A DNA stretch of 63,985 bases, filler included, from Ionaspis alba (Eukaryota), in assembly GCA_964255285.1 (NCBI GenBank). It is 4 parts of 4 records of this genome, joined end to end, with 100 filler letters (N's around TTAATTAATTAA, not from the genome) between each part and the next. Parts side by side here need not be neighbours in the genome. Positions count along the whole stretch, not along the records: positions 49,907 to 63,985 come from CAXUUL010000441.1; 3 more parts are not named here. One strand, written 5' to 3'. The notes beneath the pieces are model-generated. The model was not told where the DNA came from. It made no database searches and saw only the letters and a list, made by a program, of their open reading frames with translations. How positions within the stretch are numbered: the first letter of the stretch is position 1; every line of letters begins with the position of its first letter. Of the stretch, positions 50,635 to 63,438 are shown piece by piece. The position numbers and the translations under genes are program-made.

Positions 50635-51195
50635 AGTATTTCTCATAAGAAGGCACTGGGTTTGTGATAGGGTGAGATGGTCTGTATGGGAGAGTCCCTA
50701 TGAGAGTCGACAAAGCGAGGGTCTTGCTCCGTCAATTCTACTCTGGTTATGGGCACCATGTACTGTCCAAGACCGTCCAATATCTTGGAATCACAGTTAT
50801 TGGAACCTTTGCTGAAACTAGATATTTCTCATTATTTTCACGTCGTCTACACACAAATACATAATCTAAGTCTACCGCCCATGATAATACTGCACACCGG
50901 CTTTTCCACCCTATCCCAAACACCCTTGTCCCTTAAATGTGATGCGCCATATTCCGTGCCCTGTCCCTGCAGAGTTCACTCAGGAAATGCCCCGAATCTA
51001 ACAATAACATCTAATCTATAACCTGTCCCCCGCGAAAATCGTAATTGAACATCGTTGCGTAAGTCATAGTTAGATAACAACTCCATGAAAGCAAAGTAGG
51101 AGAACATGCGGCGAGTTATATAAAGGTTGGTGTGCTAATACGAAAGAACGAGTTTGGATGATAGCTTGTATTTGTAATGTATGAATTGTAACAGA

Positions 51196-53775
51196 TCACT
51201 TGCTGGTCGTGGTGGGGAATAAGCTATATGAGCTCCGGCCCGATTTGCTTTTCCCCGAGAAAGATGTGGCAGCACTTGAGGAGCGTGTTCGTCCAGCAAG
51301 ATTTCCTGCGCTCGACTTCGAAGCCAAGTTATTAAGCAGTTTGCCCGCCGAGTCAGAGTTCGATCTCTGTCGACGTACCGAAGCTGGCGTCCGAGTCCCA
51401 GCAGCAACCTCTTCACTCTCTTCGGCGATACTTTCGGTGCTGGTCGCATTGCGCACAAGGTCTTGTCTTGCAACATCAATCATGGCGCTGAGCTCTGCGG
51501 GATTTCCGGCCACATGAAGAGAAGAGATTTGATTTGCAAGTTGATCCGCAGCTAGGACGAATTTCTCGCGGCTATTTTTGCTATGGATGAGCTCCGGAAG
51601 GCTGCCCACTGAGCTGCTGTTACGGTGACGAGGATCCAGCGAATTCGGACGACTGGCTAACATGCTTTCGCGAGAGTTGCACTTGCTAAGCGGTGAGCCA
51701 CTGCTGCGTGGGGAATAGTCGCGTCGGACATCGGTGTCGATAGGAGGGCGATAGTAGGGGTGAGGGAGCTTTATGGCTTCAGCATCGGTCAAAGTCTGTT
51801 GGAAGGTTTCTTCGTGAATTAGGCGAGAGGTGTACTCGTTGGGTATGAGCAAGGATGGAGTTAGCGGGAACAGAGGGGTGCCTGACGAAGTTCTTGGCAA
51901 AGCGAGAGGAAGAGGAGACTGCGCTGCGTCAACAGGAGTGATGATGCCGGGCATCGTTACAGCAGACGACGTGCCAGATCCAGCAAATATGTCGTTAGGA
52001 ATGTCGTTGACCAAGGAGCAGTCGAGTCGAGGATGAAGCGCGATACTTCGTGTAGACTTCGACGTATTGAGCAGACCAGAGGAAGAAAGAGTATGGCCAT
52101 GTTTATTTGAGTTGATCGGACGACTGTCGGGTCCTGCGGAAGAATTAACATCTTCATCACCATGTGCGGACGATCTGTCCCATTCGAAAGCGCAGTCGGC
52201 TTCTGCAGCATGTTCATAGCAGTAATCGATGTCGTCTTCCCAATTTTCATCAATACCCTTAGAAACAATTGAAAGCTTTCGTGACGACCGGGGCCGCAGT
52301 GGGACATCCTCAGCCTCGCGGTTCAAAAACGGAAGTGTGGGATCTGACGCGGTGGATCCGTTACCGAAGGATAGAGACTGCGACGGCATCAGATTATAAA
52401 CTGACGGTGTTGACAGTTTGGTAGGCGATTCGGTAACAGGGAAAGATTTCGCATGTCGTAGTGCAGAGCTCGAGGTAGAAGGACGATGTTTCCTAGTTGG
52501 CCGTCGAGTCCATGGGAAGCCTTCCTCTTCTTCAGGAACATCGGCTAAAGCCGCCGGAGAGCCGAGCTGGTATTGCCCTAGAGGACAAGCGGTGTCATCA
52601 GGTGTCGTCACCGCTTGCGCGATAGTTCCTAGATTGGGATGGTCCGTACTGATGTCAAAGCCATTCATCGAACTTGGGGACAGAGGAGGGCTTGTGCGGT
52701 CCACAAGTGGGAGGCCGTCTATCATAGAAGACGTGAAAGTTGGAGCAATGGGTGACTCTGGAGAGAAAAGGCGAGAAGGAACATGTCGTTGCAAAGCCAT
52801 TCGTGATGATGTACGAGGAGGTGGACTAATAGGTGGCGTAGGTGAGCTAAAAGATCTGGACGAAACACGTGTGAAGCTGTCAACAGATCTGGAGTTTCGA
52901 ATGCTGCTGTTATCATTGATTGTTGACGCCTCGCTCCATTGATCTCGTGATTTTGTGGGACTTTGTGGCACTGACGTTGTCGGACTATCAAATATCGATA
53001 ATGCGGGTGAGCGAGTCTCGATGTAGAAATTTTTGGGAATCAGATCCTCTGCCTTGATGCCTTTCAGCTCCCGACGAGGCGCTTGGGAAGCTCTGATTGC
53101 AGAGAACTCCGTGACAAGTTCGTTCTGGCTCACGGTTTTCAGATCCTTGACCTGCTGGGAGCCAGTATGGGTAAGATGCTGGAAATTATAAGGCTCGGAG
53201 ATACTCTGTTTGAGCATTGTTTCTTTCCCACCATAAGCATGTGTAGTGACCAGGATGCCCGCATAGTACTCACCATATCCAGCAGTCTGCGCTCTGCTAT
53301 GCTTCGACCGTCTCCGCTTCGACAGCTCCTGTACATCCTTGCTATTGACGCCGTCTTCTTTATCCTCCAGCCATTCCATCGTCCTCACAGACACCATGCT
53401 GAGCTTGCTACTTTTCCTCTTCAATAGCATCTTGGAGCTTTTGGTCAAAAGAGTCTTGGCAAAGCTCTCTTGACGATCACCTAACCAATTTGGATGCGGC
53501 GAGGTGTTTTTATCGCGTGATGGTAGCCGCATAGCAAGTTCGGAGGATGACGACCGTACCTTGTGCAGTGAAGAGAAGGTAGGCATCGTTGTCTCGCTTT
53601 TAGAACGAGCATCAAGCTCTGGCCACGATCCAGCGTCTGTGATAGCTCGTCGACGAGGGGAAATCTGTCGATTTGCCTTGAAAGGTTCAGTCACCCGCCG
53701 CTGGTGCCTCTCCATACCGGATGGTCGATGTACTCTTGCATGCAGGCGAGGAGGGTAAAGATGTTCCGAGCTCAT
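51196..53775 (-). CDS. Ser-rich CRIB-motif protein (putative Cdc42/Rac effector)
   Basis: ISEPYNFQHLTHTG CRIB motif and a conserved-looking WEDDIDYCYEHAAEADCAFEW block. Possible in-frame intron at 53223-53273. Confidence 0.75.
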   Translation of the reverse strand: MSSEHLYPPRLHARVHRPSGMERHQRRVTEPFKANRQISPRRRAITDAGSWPELDARSKSETTMPTFSSLHKVRSSSSELAMRLPSRDKNTSPHPNWLGDRQESFAKTLLTKSSKMLLKRKSSKLSMVSVRTMEWLEDKEDGVNSKDVQELSKRRRSKHSRAQTAGYGEYYAGILVTTHAYGGKETMLKQSISEPYNFQHLTHTGSQQVKDLKTVSQNELVTEFSAIRASQAPRRELKGIKAEDLIPKNFYIETRSPALSIFDSPTTSVPQSPTKSRDQWSEASTINDNSSIRNSRSVDSFTRVSSRSFSSPTPPISPPPRTSSRMALQRHVPSRLFSPESPIAPTFTSSMIDGLPLVDRTSPPLSPSSMNGFDISTDHPNLGTIAQAVTTPDDTACPLGQYQLGSPAALADVPEEEEGFPWTRRPTRKHRPSTSSSALRHAKSFPVTESPTKLSTPSVYNLMPSQSLSFGNGSTASDPTLPFLNREAEDVPLRPRSSRKLSIVSKGIDENWEDDIDYCYEHAAEADCAFEWDRSSAHGDEDVNSSAGPDSRPINSNKHGHTLSSSGLLNTSKSTRSIALHPRLDCSLVNDIPNDIFAGSGTSSAVTMPGIITPVDAAQSPLPLALPRTSSGTPLFPLTPSLLIPNEYTSRLIHEETFQQTLTDAEAIKLPHPYYRPPIDTDVRRDYSPRSSGSPLSKCNSRESMLASRPNSLDPRHRNSSSVGSLPELIHSKNSREKFVLAADQLANQISSLHVAGNPAELSAMIDVARQDLVRNATSTESIAEESEEVAAGTRTPASVRRQRSNSDSAGKLLNNLASKSSAGNLAGRTRSSSAATSFSGKSKSGRSSYSLFPTTTSK

Positions 53776-56700
53776 GGTATCGACACGCGGTGGTTCGTCT
53801 GAAGTAAGACCAGGTCATTGATATATAGGAACTCCTACGACCAGAGGTATGTATATTTTTCGAGTACTGTAACGCAAGAAGGATGAAGGATTGCAGGAAG
53901 GCGGACAAGTAGTCCCCGCTAGCACAATGATCCTCCAGCAACCCGTACTTGGGCTGTGGGTCGAGAAGTTGCTTGAAATAACTGATCAAGGAAGCCCGGC
54001 AGGCTTGTTGGCGGGGATGAGAGCGTGAGAGGAATGAGATTGGCGTCGTGGTTCCAACGGCAAGGCTATCGTTCCTTGCAGATTGGTTAGCCAGGGCAAG
54101 GCCTGTATTTAATAGGCTTAGGCTGCAAAACAGTCTAGGTGCAAGGCAGCAAAATGATCGCAATCAATGCCAGAGTTGCAAATGATTGCCAACAAAGACG
54201 TTGGCATGGGGAAGAACAATAGCGGATGAGATAGGAGAGTCTTCAATGCTCCGACGCTGGACAATAAAAGGATAAGTATATCAAGCAAACTCTATGCTTG
54301 TGTTATTGTGCCAAGTGGCGGAACGTTGAAAAGCATTGCCGAAGCTTAAAAGATTTACGGCACGGGAAGGATTTTATGATAGGGGAAGTAGTAAAACTCA
54401 CAAGTGAAAAAAGGAACGATAGGAATGCTAGCAGCTTTGAAGAATTCCGTGCCGCTCCTCGAATCATATGCCTAGATCTGGGGATAGTGTCCTGGTAATC
54501 GAGTAAAGTATCCAATGGCTGGTTCAACTAGGGTGCAATGATTGCATGATTGCTGTTGCTCTTTCGATTGAGTGTACTATCTCTGGTGAGATGCAGCGGG
54601 AAGAATGGAGCGGAAGTCGGTGATGAAGACGCCAATTGAATGTGCTGAAGCAGAGGGTTTTGAAGACTATATGGAGCGTCCAGAACTTGTACGGGGTATG
54701 CTCGAAAGCCAGACGATTATCGCCCAGGACAATCTTTCCCCAATCCCCAATGATGGCTTGCAGGTCGGGGGAAGCTTTCGATAAAGCTTTCCCAGCCCTT
54801 CTCGCGTTTTGTTCGACCTGCGAATTCTCTGTGCGACCCGACGGGGCAAATCGTGACAGAGGCCAGTCGGTGTTTCGTCCAGGGACCCGCTCGGTAGTAG
54901 ATCTACCTTGCGTCAGCCTGTATCCATGTAGTTCTCGACAGTCGAAAAGACCGGTTCGTAATTGTCGACGTGATTTCGGCATGTCGACTAAAGCCAGTTG
55001 CCCGGGGTGTGTGTCCCATCAAGTCAAGGTGCATAAGGCCGTGCATCCAATATGTATCCCTGTCCCATCGCCCATACAGGCACAGCTCGAGGGGTGCGCG
55101 TAGAAGCAAAGAGTCTAGTCGGAAGGTGAGAAGGCTTATTGCTCGGTAAACCTAGAAGTGTGGCCTTGCTCTCGCAATGTGGGAGTCAGCAGCTGGTAAC
55201 CATTTGCAACATGGGAATGCTTGTAACCCAGCAGTCTGGTACTAACGAATTGGAAGCGGCGGAAAAAGATTGGCGGCACACTTACAACAAGTCAGATCCT
55301 AGCCGTAGAGATGCCCATTGGTCTCTGCGACTGTTGGATCGTGGTCTGCAAGGCCCTTCCCGCCATTCCCAGCACCGGCGCGTTCCTTCTCTCTGCCGTC
55401 TCACTCTACTGCGTTAAAAAGTCAATTGCAACGCGATGGTGGGCCACCAACCTCTCATCCATGTGCGTTTAGCAGTCAGGTACCGAGTCACACGAGATTG
55501 ATCAATCATTATGCCTTTTGTTGGCTATACCGCAGCATCTCTTGACTCGAGATAGTGGTCAACGACACTGTGCTTCCCCAACATTGTATGAATCAAGCTT
55601 CGAGAGCAATCGGAAGACCAGAATGTTCTGGCTGAATTGTGATAGCATTGCAGGAAATGGATAAGGGATTGGTCCAACTCTTGCAGGGGCATGCGCCGTC
55701 TTTGCCTGGCACCCATATCAAGGCTTAAGCCACAGGTGCAAGCGGTTCTCTAGTCTACCAACAGTTGCATGGGATAAAAGCACCACTTTCGAGTTAGATG
55801 GAGGCGGAATTGATTGGTGGATCCGAAGGTTGGCGACAGGATCATGATGAGAGCGAAAAGCAGAGCGACGATGATAGCCTCTGCAGATGCAAAAGATTGG
55901 TGGATTTTGGGAAACATATAGGCGACAGCTGCTCGACATTTTGCAATTGTGACGCTCTGACAACCAAACTTCACAAGGCCGTTACGACTTCTCACAGTCC
56001 TAGCTTGAATTTCTGGCTGCACTTCTCCTTTCCTTTTGAGCGAGCTGCGGATGCGGAGGAGTGACCTTCCGTCACGCACGGTAAGGAAGGAATCCTTCAA
56101 GCCATCTGGTAGAAACTAGAGGAGAGGAAGGCTAGGGAATGATCTCATCCTGCCGTTGATTTTTGCCTACGAGTAAAAAAGATTGGTTCGATCTGCTATG
56201 ATTTGCTCGGTGTTACCTCGTTACAGGCTCGAGATGTCGGTTGCTGCACCAGACAAGGATAAATGTATTGCTTTCTTGAGAGACCTGCTGTGTATGCGCT
56301 CTAAACCCATGGCTCTGACATCTACTTTCCTGGCCTTTAAAGCAGGCCTATTCCCCTTATGCCCTGCATTGGCCTTGAATGCTAACATTGGTTGACGGGT
56401 CCTGTAGACGCGCAATAGATCCACTCTCCTCTCTTCGCTTCTGCATACAGGTCGTATCATGTGGTGATCACCTCAAACTTTCCATTGTATCGGAACGCCC
56501 GCGACATATGCAATGAGGCCTGATCACATCGCAGGAAACTGGGTTCTATTCTGCTCCAGCGCGATGAGAAGGGCATCATTCTCCGAACAAGATCCACGAC
56601 AGTGATGTCGACTAGGTGTGCACTGATCACCTAGTCCACTTCATTACCATACGGTTCCCCTCCAGGTTGCATGCTATTAGTCGACTTTTGATCCACTATG

Positions 56701-59584
56701 TAGTTTTCCCAATGAGACGGTCGACATCATGGATCCTAAAGATAGAATACCCGGTGACGATCACAAGGACTTCTCGAGTGGCTCACCGCCCATAAGTAGG
56801 AGGATTCCCGTACCTGGAGGAATGGAAAGAATTGTCAACGCCTTTGAAGTGCATGGAAACATTCCATTCTCTACGGTCCGGCGGTCCATACAAAATGGCT
56901 CTGCAACGACTAAGTTGACTAAAGCTTAGTAGTGGTCGTAGCGCCAGGAGCTGGCTGGTGTCAGAGGTCGTCGCAGTGCCGGCATCAAGAATTGTTTTCA
57001 AAAACTCTAAACTTCTTGTGGCCTGGTCTAAGACAAATTGCGACTCCCAGAGCTTTCTTCGCCTGTTTGTATCTGCATACAAAGCTTCTCCAGTTGACGG
57101 ATATCGAGTGCCCGATGATACGAAATCCCAACCTCCTGAATTATGGCTACGAAAAGGTCGATATCGTCTACGAAATCAATGTTCAAGTTCCAGCTCGCCC
57201 ACAAGTCTGGACCATGTACAAAAGATTGACAAGACCATCAAATGGACTTCGGCAAGCTCCTAAGCACAAAGCTAAAATATCTACAACAGTGGGTGTTCCT
57301 AAACCAAAAACATGTGTGCTTATTCGCCACACCCATAGGGCCATACTTATAGTGCAATTGAACAAAATTAGCCGTGAACCGTCGTCCACACTCTATAGCT
57401 GTCATGATTTGCGAGTGTTAGGAGCTGGTGACCAGGAAGAGCTCTAATGCCGTTGTTGCACTCGGAACATATTCAACACCCTCCACAATAGCAGTGGACT
57501 TGCAGATCAGATCTGGATGATTTGTCTCATGAAAGGCTCCGGCTTTCCCGGGAACAAATTCTTTACAAAACCGATCACGGGCTTCCACACTTTCAGCTGC
57601 TTAGTCTCTACGTTGTGCATCACTCCCCTCTGTCAGACATGAGAGGCTTTACGAAGCATCTGTCAACGTATGGGGCATAGCATAGTCTACTTCTATCCGC
57701 ACCCCCAATCAAATTGACAAGTGCACACACTTCGATCAAAATTAGAGCCACTCAAACCCCGTGTTGACCTCGAGCGCGCCTTGTGCCCCTAATACGAAGT
57801 CAAGCCACCTGCATGACATCCTAGCCTCTTTTCCCTATTCGTCCAACCTTCTTTACAATCAATCCCAAAGCAGATGCTGTCGAGCCATAGCTAGCTCAGG
57901 CCTCGGCGAAATCCAGAACGGATACGATGCAGAACTTCCGTCCCAAGATAAGTCATGAGCTTTTCTCCCCAGTATATACGTGTCGTGATTGTACAAGAAA
58001 TTCGCATGCTTCCACGAAATGTCTTGCATGAAGGCTCCCGGAAGGGACGGACCGTCAAGCATCTGCTAAACATGGCATCCTTCTATCAAGGTACATATTG
58101 TGGCTTGAGCCTGCATCAAAATCCAGAAATGCCAACAACGCATTTTCAGATGCACCCAGCGAACAACCAGTCCGAGCAGACAGATGCTTGTGACCCTAGA
58201 CCTTGCGTAAAGCAATGTGGGTTCTATCATAAACATGAACTGCGAGATGTGAATAATGCTGCGTCTGCAAAGACAATCCTGCTGTGGACTCAGCCTGAGT
58301 CTGCAGGCTGTACCGAAATCCCCCAACAAACTGTTCTTGCTGCGCTCGCTGCGCTCGAAGGTAAATCATTCATGGCAAGCAGACTCTGGTCGCAACGCAA
58401 GAATCAGGAGACCCCCGCGCTCCACGTTCCATCTTCCAAGTCTTGCTTATTGAGATTCAACAAATCCACCCTCGCTACTGTCCTTGAAAAGGTGCCCATC
58501 CTCTCCTAATACATGCCTGTTCATTCTCACACCTCGTCACCCTACACCCTTTCCAGTCGCGCATCAGATGCAGGATTTCTACCTCACACCACACAGCAAT
58601 CACAGCCGAAGCCCTTCCCATTCTCCTACACCCTCATTCAAAACGTCAAATCCTTTAGCTAACGCCACACAAGCAAGTCGCGTCTCAGCAGACGATGTAA
58701 TAGCCTAGAATAGCGTTCCTCCGAGCAACACACCCTCTTTTTCGGCCGGAATCCTGCTCCGGAGGCATTCAAACGTCGACGCTTAATTGATGTTTGTGGA
58801 TTGGGAACACGCGACACCCTCAATGAAAAAGGAGTGAGGGTATTATCTACTGTAGGCTAGGGTGCCGATTGATAAGGGCTTTGCGCCCACTTCGAGATCG
58901 AGCACTTCGCTTATCTTCACGGCAACCACAGATGCTAAGCCTGCTATCCAAACAAGGCTCCATAGAAATAGATTTGATTTTCAACCACGTGGCTAGTCCA
59001 CACTTGTACCGCGTCTAGTACCAGACGTACAGGCTGGGACAAACGAGAAGCCACAGAGCCTTTCTTTCCGTCAAAGTAAGCCTCAAGACCCATTGAGTCA
59101 ACGAGGAAAAGTACATCCACAGAGGTTCCCACAGGTACAGGAACAGCACGATATTTCCCACCACACAAAGCGTAACACCAACCAGCGGATAGACCGAAAC
59201 ATCGTGCATTACGCCCGTAAGCTTCTTAGCTTATTCCTAAGTCCCGGCTATCGCCAAGATAGACAGACCGCACGGCCCTGGACGCTTCGACGAGGTCTAG
59301 GATAAGTAGGCTACAGGTACCGAATGCAGCGCATGTAAGAACAATAAACCACATACCCGGAACGTCAAAGCCACAATAGCCACGCCACGCCCTTGCTATC
59401 CTCCCGCTCGCTAGTAATTAGCATTCCCGATAGATTGGTCTTCTTGCGACGACTGAGCACCTCCCCAGTCGTCGCCAGCCCGGTTTGGGGGTCCCAGAAT
59501 GGAGACCAAGCAACGCAATTGGAACACGATCGTGTCGATGTGATATTATGAAGATCATCAAAGCTGAATCGAAAGGAAGCATGC

Positions 59585-62500
59585 TCAGTACTCCGCCGTG
59601 TCGCTGTCACCAGCGGCTCCCACTGTGTCATTGACCATTGGCTCATCCTCCGGGTCCGCGAAGACATTCCCATTGGTGGCCCCGTTCATCTTGGTATGTT
59701 CCGACGACGGAGGTGACGCAGCATCCTCCTCGACCTCTTCCTCTTCTTCACTTTCATCCTCGTCGTCATCCGCAATCCGGCGCGAGATCTTTTTCCGCGT
59801 CCGTGGTGCGGCATCATCGTCCTCTTTTTCATCGCCCGCATCAGCCATCTCTGTATCCGGATTCCGGTCTTCAACTTCGTCGTCGTCGTCCGGGTCAAAC
59901 GCGCCACTGCGCGCCTGTGTACCGGACGGTGCAGCGGCGTCGGCGTCAGCATCGCTGTCGCTTTCAACAACGAGTTCAGAGCTCTTGTACTTATCGTTAG
60001 CCCCACTCTTCCTGGCCAGTTTCCTCTTTTTCTTCGGCTTCTTTTCATCCCCACTTCCCTCGCTACCCACGGCACTTTTCCTCCCTCTCCTCTTCCTCCC
60101 ACTGCCAGCTGCCTCCTCATCACCACTAACACCATCATCCCCACTCTCACCCTCCTTCTTCCTTCTCTTTCCTGACCCCTTCGGCCTCCGTTTCCTCTTC
60201 ACCCTCTCCCCTTCAGAATCGACCGTCCATTCTGCCTCTTCCCTCCTTGCCTCCTCCTCGGCCCGTTGCTCCGCCATTTGCCGGCTGTGTTCCAGCAGCT
60301 TTTGTCGTTCTTCTGCCAGCAGTCTCTTGCGTTCCGCAACTTCTTCCTCCGCCCGTCTCCGCTCTTCTTCCCGTTTCTGTACTTCCTTCTCCCGTAACTC
60401 TCGAGCTTTGTTCAGCTTCTCTTGATTCGTATCTTCGTATTCGCGCTGCCCTTGTACCGCACGTTCTAACTGTCTTCGCATGGTATTCCGACCCATATTT
60501 GCACGTTGCTCAATATCGTGTCTTGGATAGGGAGGGTTCTTTGCACGAGCAATTTCTCCAAATGAGTTGATTGCTTCGTCGAGGCCTTGAGCGGCAGCTT
60601 CTACTTCGGCGAGAGTACGCTGATGTTCGGGAAGGGTATGAATGAGCTGAGCTAGTTGGATTTGTACGAATGCGATATTGAACTGGAAGTGGATTTGCTG
60701 TGGAGCGAGCTCAAGCGCCCGGTGAGAGTACTCAAGGGAGGATTTCATCGCTGCTGGGGACTTTTCGTGTTTGCCTTTCAGTAGCCAGACGCGGCCAAGA
60801 CAGGCGAGAATTTGGGGATCCGTGGTGCGGTCTTTTGCTAGAGCTGTCTCATACTAGAATATATTAAAATCGAGTTGGGCCTTCAAGGCATTGAAGACAT
60901 GTGAACTTACACTTTCGATGGCACGAGAGTATTGCTTCAACTCCCCATATACATGACCGAGGTTGATAAAGACACTGGCTTCTTTGACAGTCTCCTTGAT
61001 TTTGGAGAAGACTTGAATGGCGCTGGTGAAGTCTTTCTTATCTTCTGCAAGAGCAATGGCAATCCCTTGAGCAGCATACGCATTCCTTGGATCTAGCTGT
61101 ATTGCCTTGAGGTAAAATTCGACGGCTTTCTCGTAAGTCTTCCGTCGTTTATCTTTGTCTTGGTCAGTGTCCCTCCTCATTTCCCGTGCTACGATAAGAT
61201 AAAGGTTTCCCATGCCAGTAAGAGAGTACTGGTCATGCTTGTCATGAAGCTGCAGCGTATGCTTGTAATGTCGCTGCTCTTGGTCTTCGGCAATATTGAG
61301 AGCTCGTTTCTTCGATTTGCTAAGATACCATCCATAAAGCGATCGTACCTCCAGGTTAGAGGAGTCCATCTCGTACAGAGCTGCCATGGCCCTTGGCCCA
61401 TCGACTGTGGGGTTTTGTCGAAGCTCGATAAGTGCCAACCGTATCTGAGCATCAATATAATCCTCGTGTCTTTGCAGTAGTCCTTCGTATACAGCTCTTG
61501 CTTCGTCCAGAAGACCAGCAGCTTCATAAGTACGAGCGAGGTTGTAACTAATGGACGTTACCAAGGCGTCTGTGTCAAACCCCTCTTCTTTCTCTCCTGT
61601 CTTCATACACGCAGTGAGAGCAGTCTGAAACATCTCCTTGGCATCTTCAAAGTTCTCTGCCTGGTACTGGAAGCATCCAATATTATTCAGCAGCTGTGGA
61701 GACATGTGTTCTTTGAGTTTGGCCGATCGGGACTGTTCATCCTCGATGTCGCCGTAAAGCTCTTTCACCGAGTCTGGAAGATCCATTTGGGACATATGCT
61801 GAGCTTCCAGCAGACACTGCAAACTTTTCTCCGGTTGATCTGTCTCATACAAACGTGACAGGGCATGAAGGACAGAACTATCAGGATTGACGTGTTTCTT
61901 TGGGTCTTTCCAAGCAAGCCGAGCAGCCTCTAGCAAAGATATTGCTTTCTTCAGCACATTCGACTTGTCGTCTTTAACAGCGGCAGTCTGATTTGCAAAC
62001 ACTTCCTGGGCGTACAATGATCCCAGCAGAACCATTGCTTCGACGTTCTTTGTATGTTGAATGATCTTCTCGAGTCGGAATTTCGCGCCATCCAGGTCAG
62101 CGTTGAGAATCTGTATCTGAGCAATGCCGAATTTGGCGGGTGCGAAGCCTCGATCTCCACCTCCTCTTGCATTATCAGCCCTATTATAGAAATCGGCAGC
62201 TTTTTGGAGATTTGGAGACCTTTGCTCATGTTCCTTCCGAGCAAGAAGAAACCAGCTATCACTGGCAATTGCATTGACATCCGTCAATTCGATGGCTTTT
62301 CGAGAAAGGGTTTCCACGGTCTCCCATGCTTTCTTGGGTAAGAAGTAGGCACCAAATGTCACGCAGGTCAGGGCAAATTCCTGGTCAATACTGAATGCCC
62401 TCTGGATGTAACCGGACATGGCTTTCCTGTAGGTATTGGCAAACTCCGCATCTTTGAAGGCGTACTTTGAGCTTTCGGACACATAGTAGATACCGAGAAG

Positions 62501-63438
62501 AGCGTGCGCAATCTGAGAGTCTGGGTTCTGCACGTGAAGTCAGTGGATATTCGTCCTTCGAGTTCGGTCAAATTTACTATCTCCAATGCCCGCTCCCAGG
62601 CATCTCTAGCTTCTTCCCTGTATGAGAGTTGCCAATAGCAACACCCTATGCCTATTCGAGGGTCTGGGTCCTGGAGTTCTGGCATTTTCATCAGCACCTC
62701 TTGATAGCACTCCAAAGCTTCCGCGTATCTCCCCAGGGAAAAAAACGCCCTGCCCTTCCCCATCAAAGCCATCATATTCCTGCCTGATGAAACACGAGAC
62801 GCATCATCGAAGCACTTCAAAGCTTGACGTAATGTTTCGATCCGTTCCGACTGTTCTACCACGCCCGGCGCTAGATTTTTCGAAGGAGGTTGCAGTGAGG
62901 CTCGGAGGAGGGAGAGAACGCCCCGCGCAAGGAAGAGTGGAGGAAAAGAAGGATTCACACGCGACGCTTCGTTCAGGGCGCCCGTCGCAGCTTGGAGGTA
63001 GAAGTCTTTCGTCCTAGCTTCCGCGACTAGCTGCCCTTCGGGTACCACTCTGGGTGCATTTCGACTCTTCCACAGATACAGCCAACACAGCAGACTTAAT
63101 AAGCCGATTTTCTCCTTTGTCAGATTCTGCTTTGAAAGCGATACCAAGCCCCTGTTGAGAAGGTCGATGGCTTGGTCGGTCATGTGTTGTTTGGCATAGG
63201 CCAGAGCGAAGGTAATCCAGAGGTTTTTGGACGCGTGCTCTGCCTCGAGCAATGTACAAAGTCCATCAGACTCTTCAGCGAGATCTTCCAGATCGATATC
63301 GACCGCCTCTTCACCTTCTCCGCCTTTGATGGGGATCTCGATAGCCGACGGGATGTCGGAGAAACGTTCGTTCACATGGAGTGGAGAAGAGTAGCCATTG
63401 CCAAGCCCATTCGTGTGCCCGTTGACTAGAACTGCCAT
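59585..63438 (-). CDS. CTR9: Paf1 complex TPR subunit Ctr9, 3 exons
   Basis: RFSDIPSAIEIP N-terminus, TPRs (PDPRIGIGCC, LLNNIGC, NAYAAQGIAIAL), RANMGRNTMRRQLER, long K/R then D/E-rich tail. Introns 62528-62577 and 60854-60910. Confidence 0.93.

Noticed and set aside
56729..58509. Plus-strand ORFs 56729, 56932, 56958 and 57955 as a multi-exon gene
   Set aside because: The candidate splice junctions I tried lead to immediate stops, and there are no recognisable domains.
59598..60425. 275-aa Ser-rich antisense ORF
   Set aside because: Shadow of the D/E/K/R-rich CTR9 tail.
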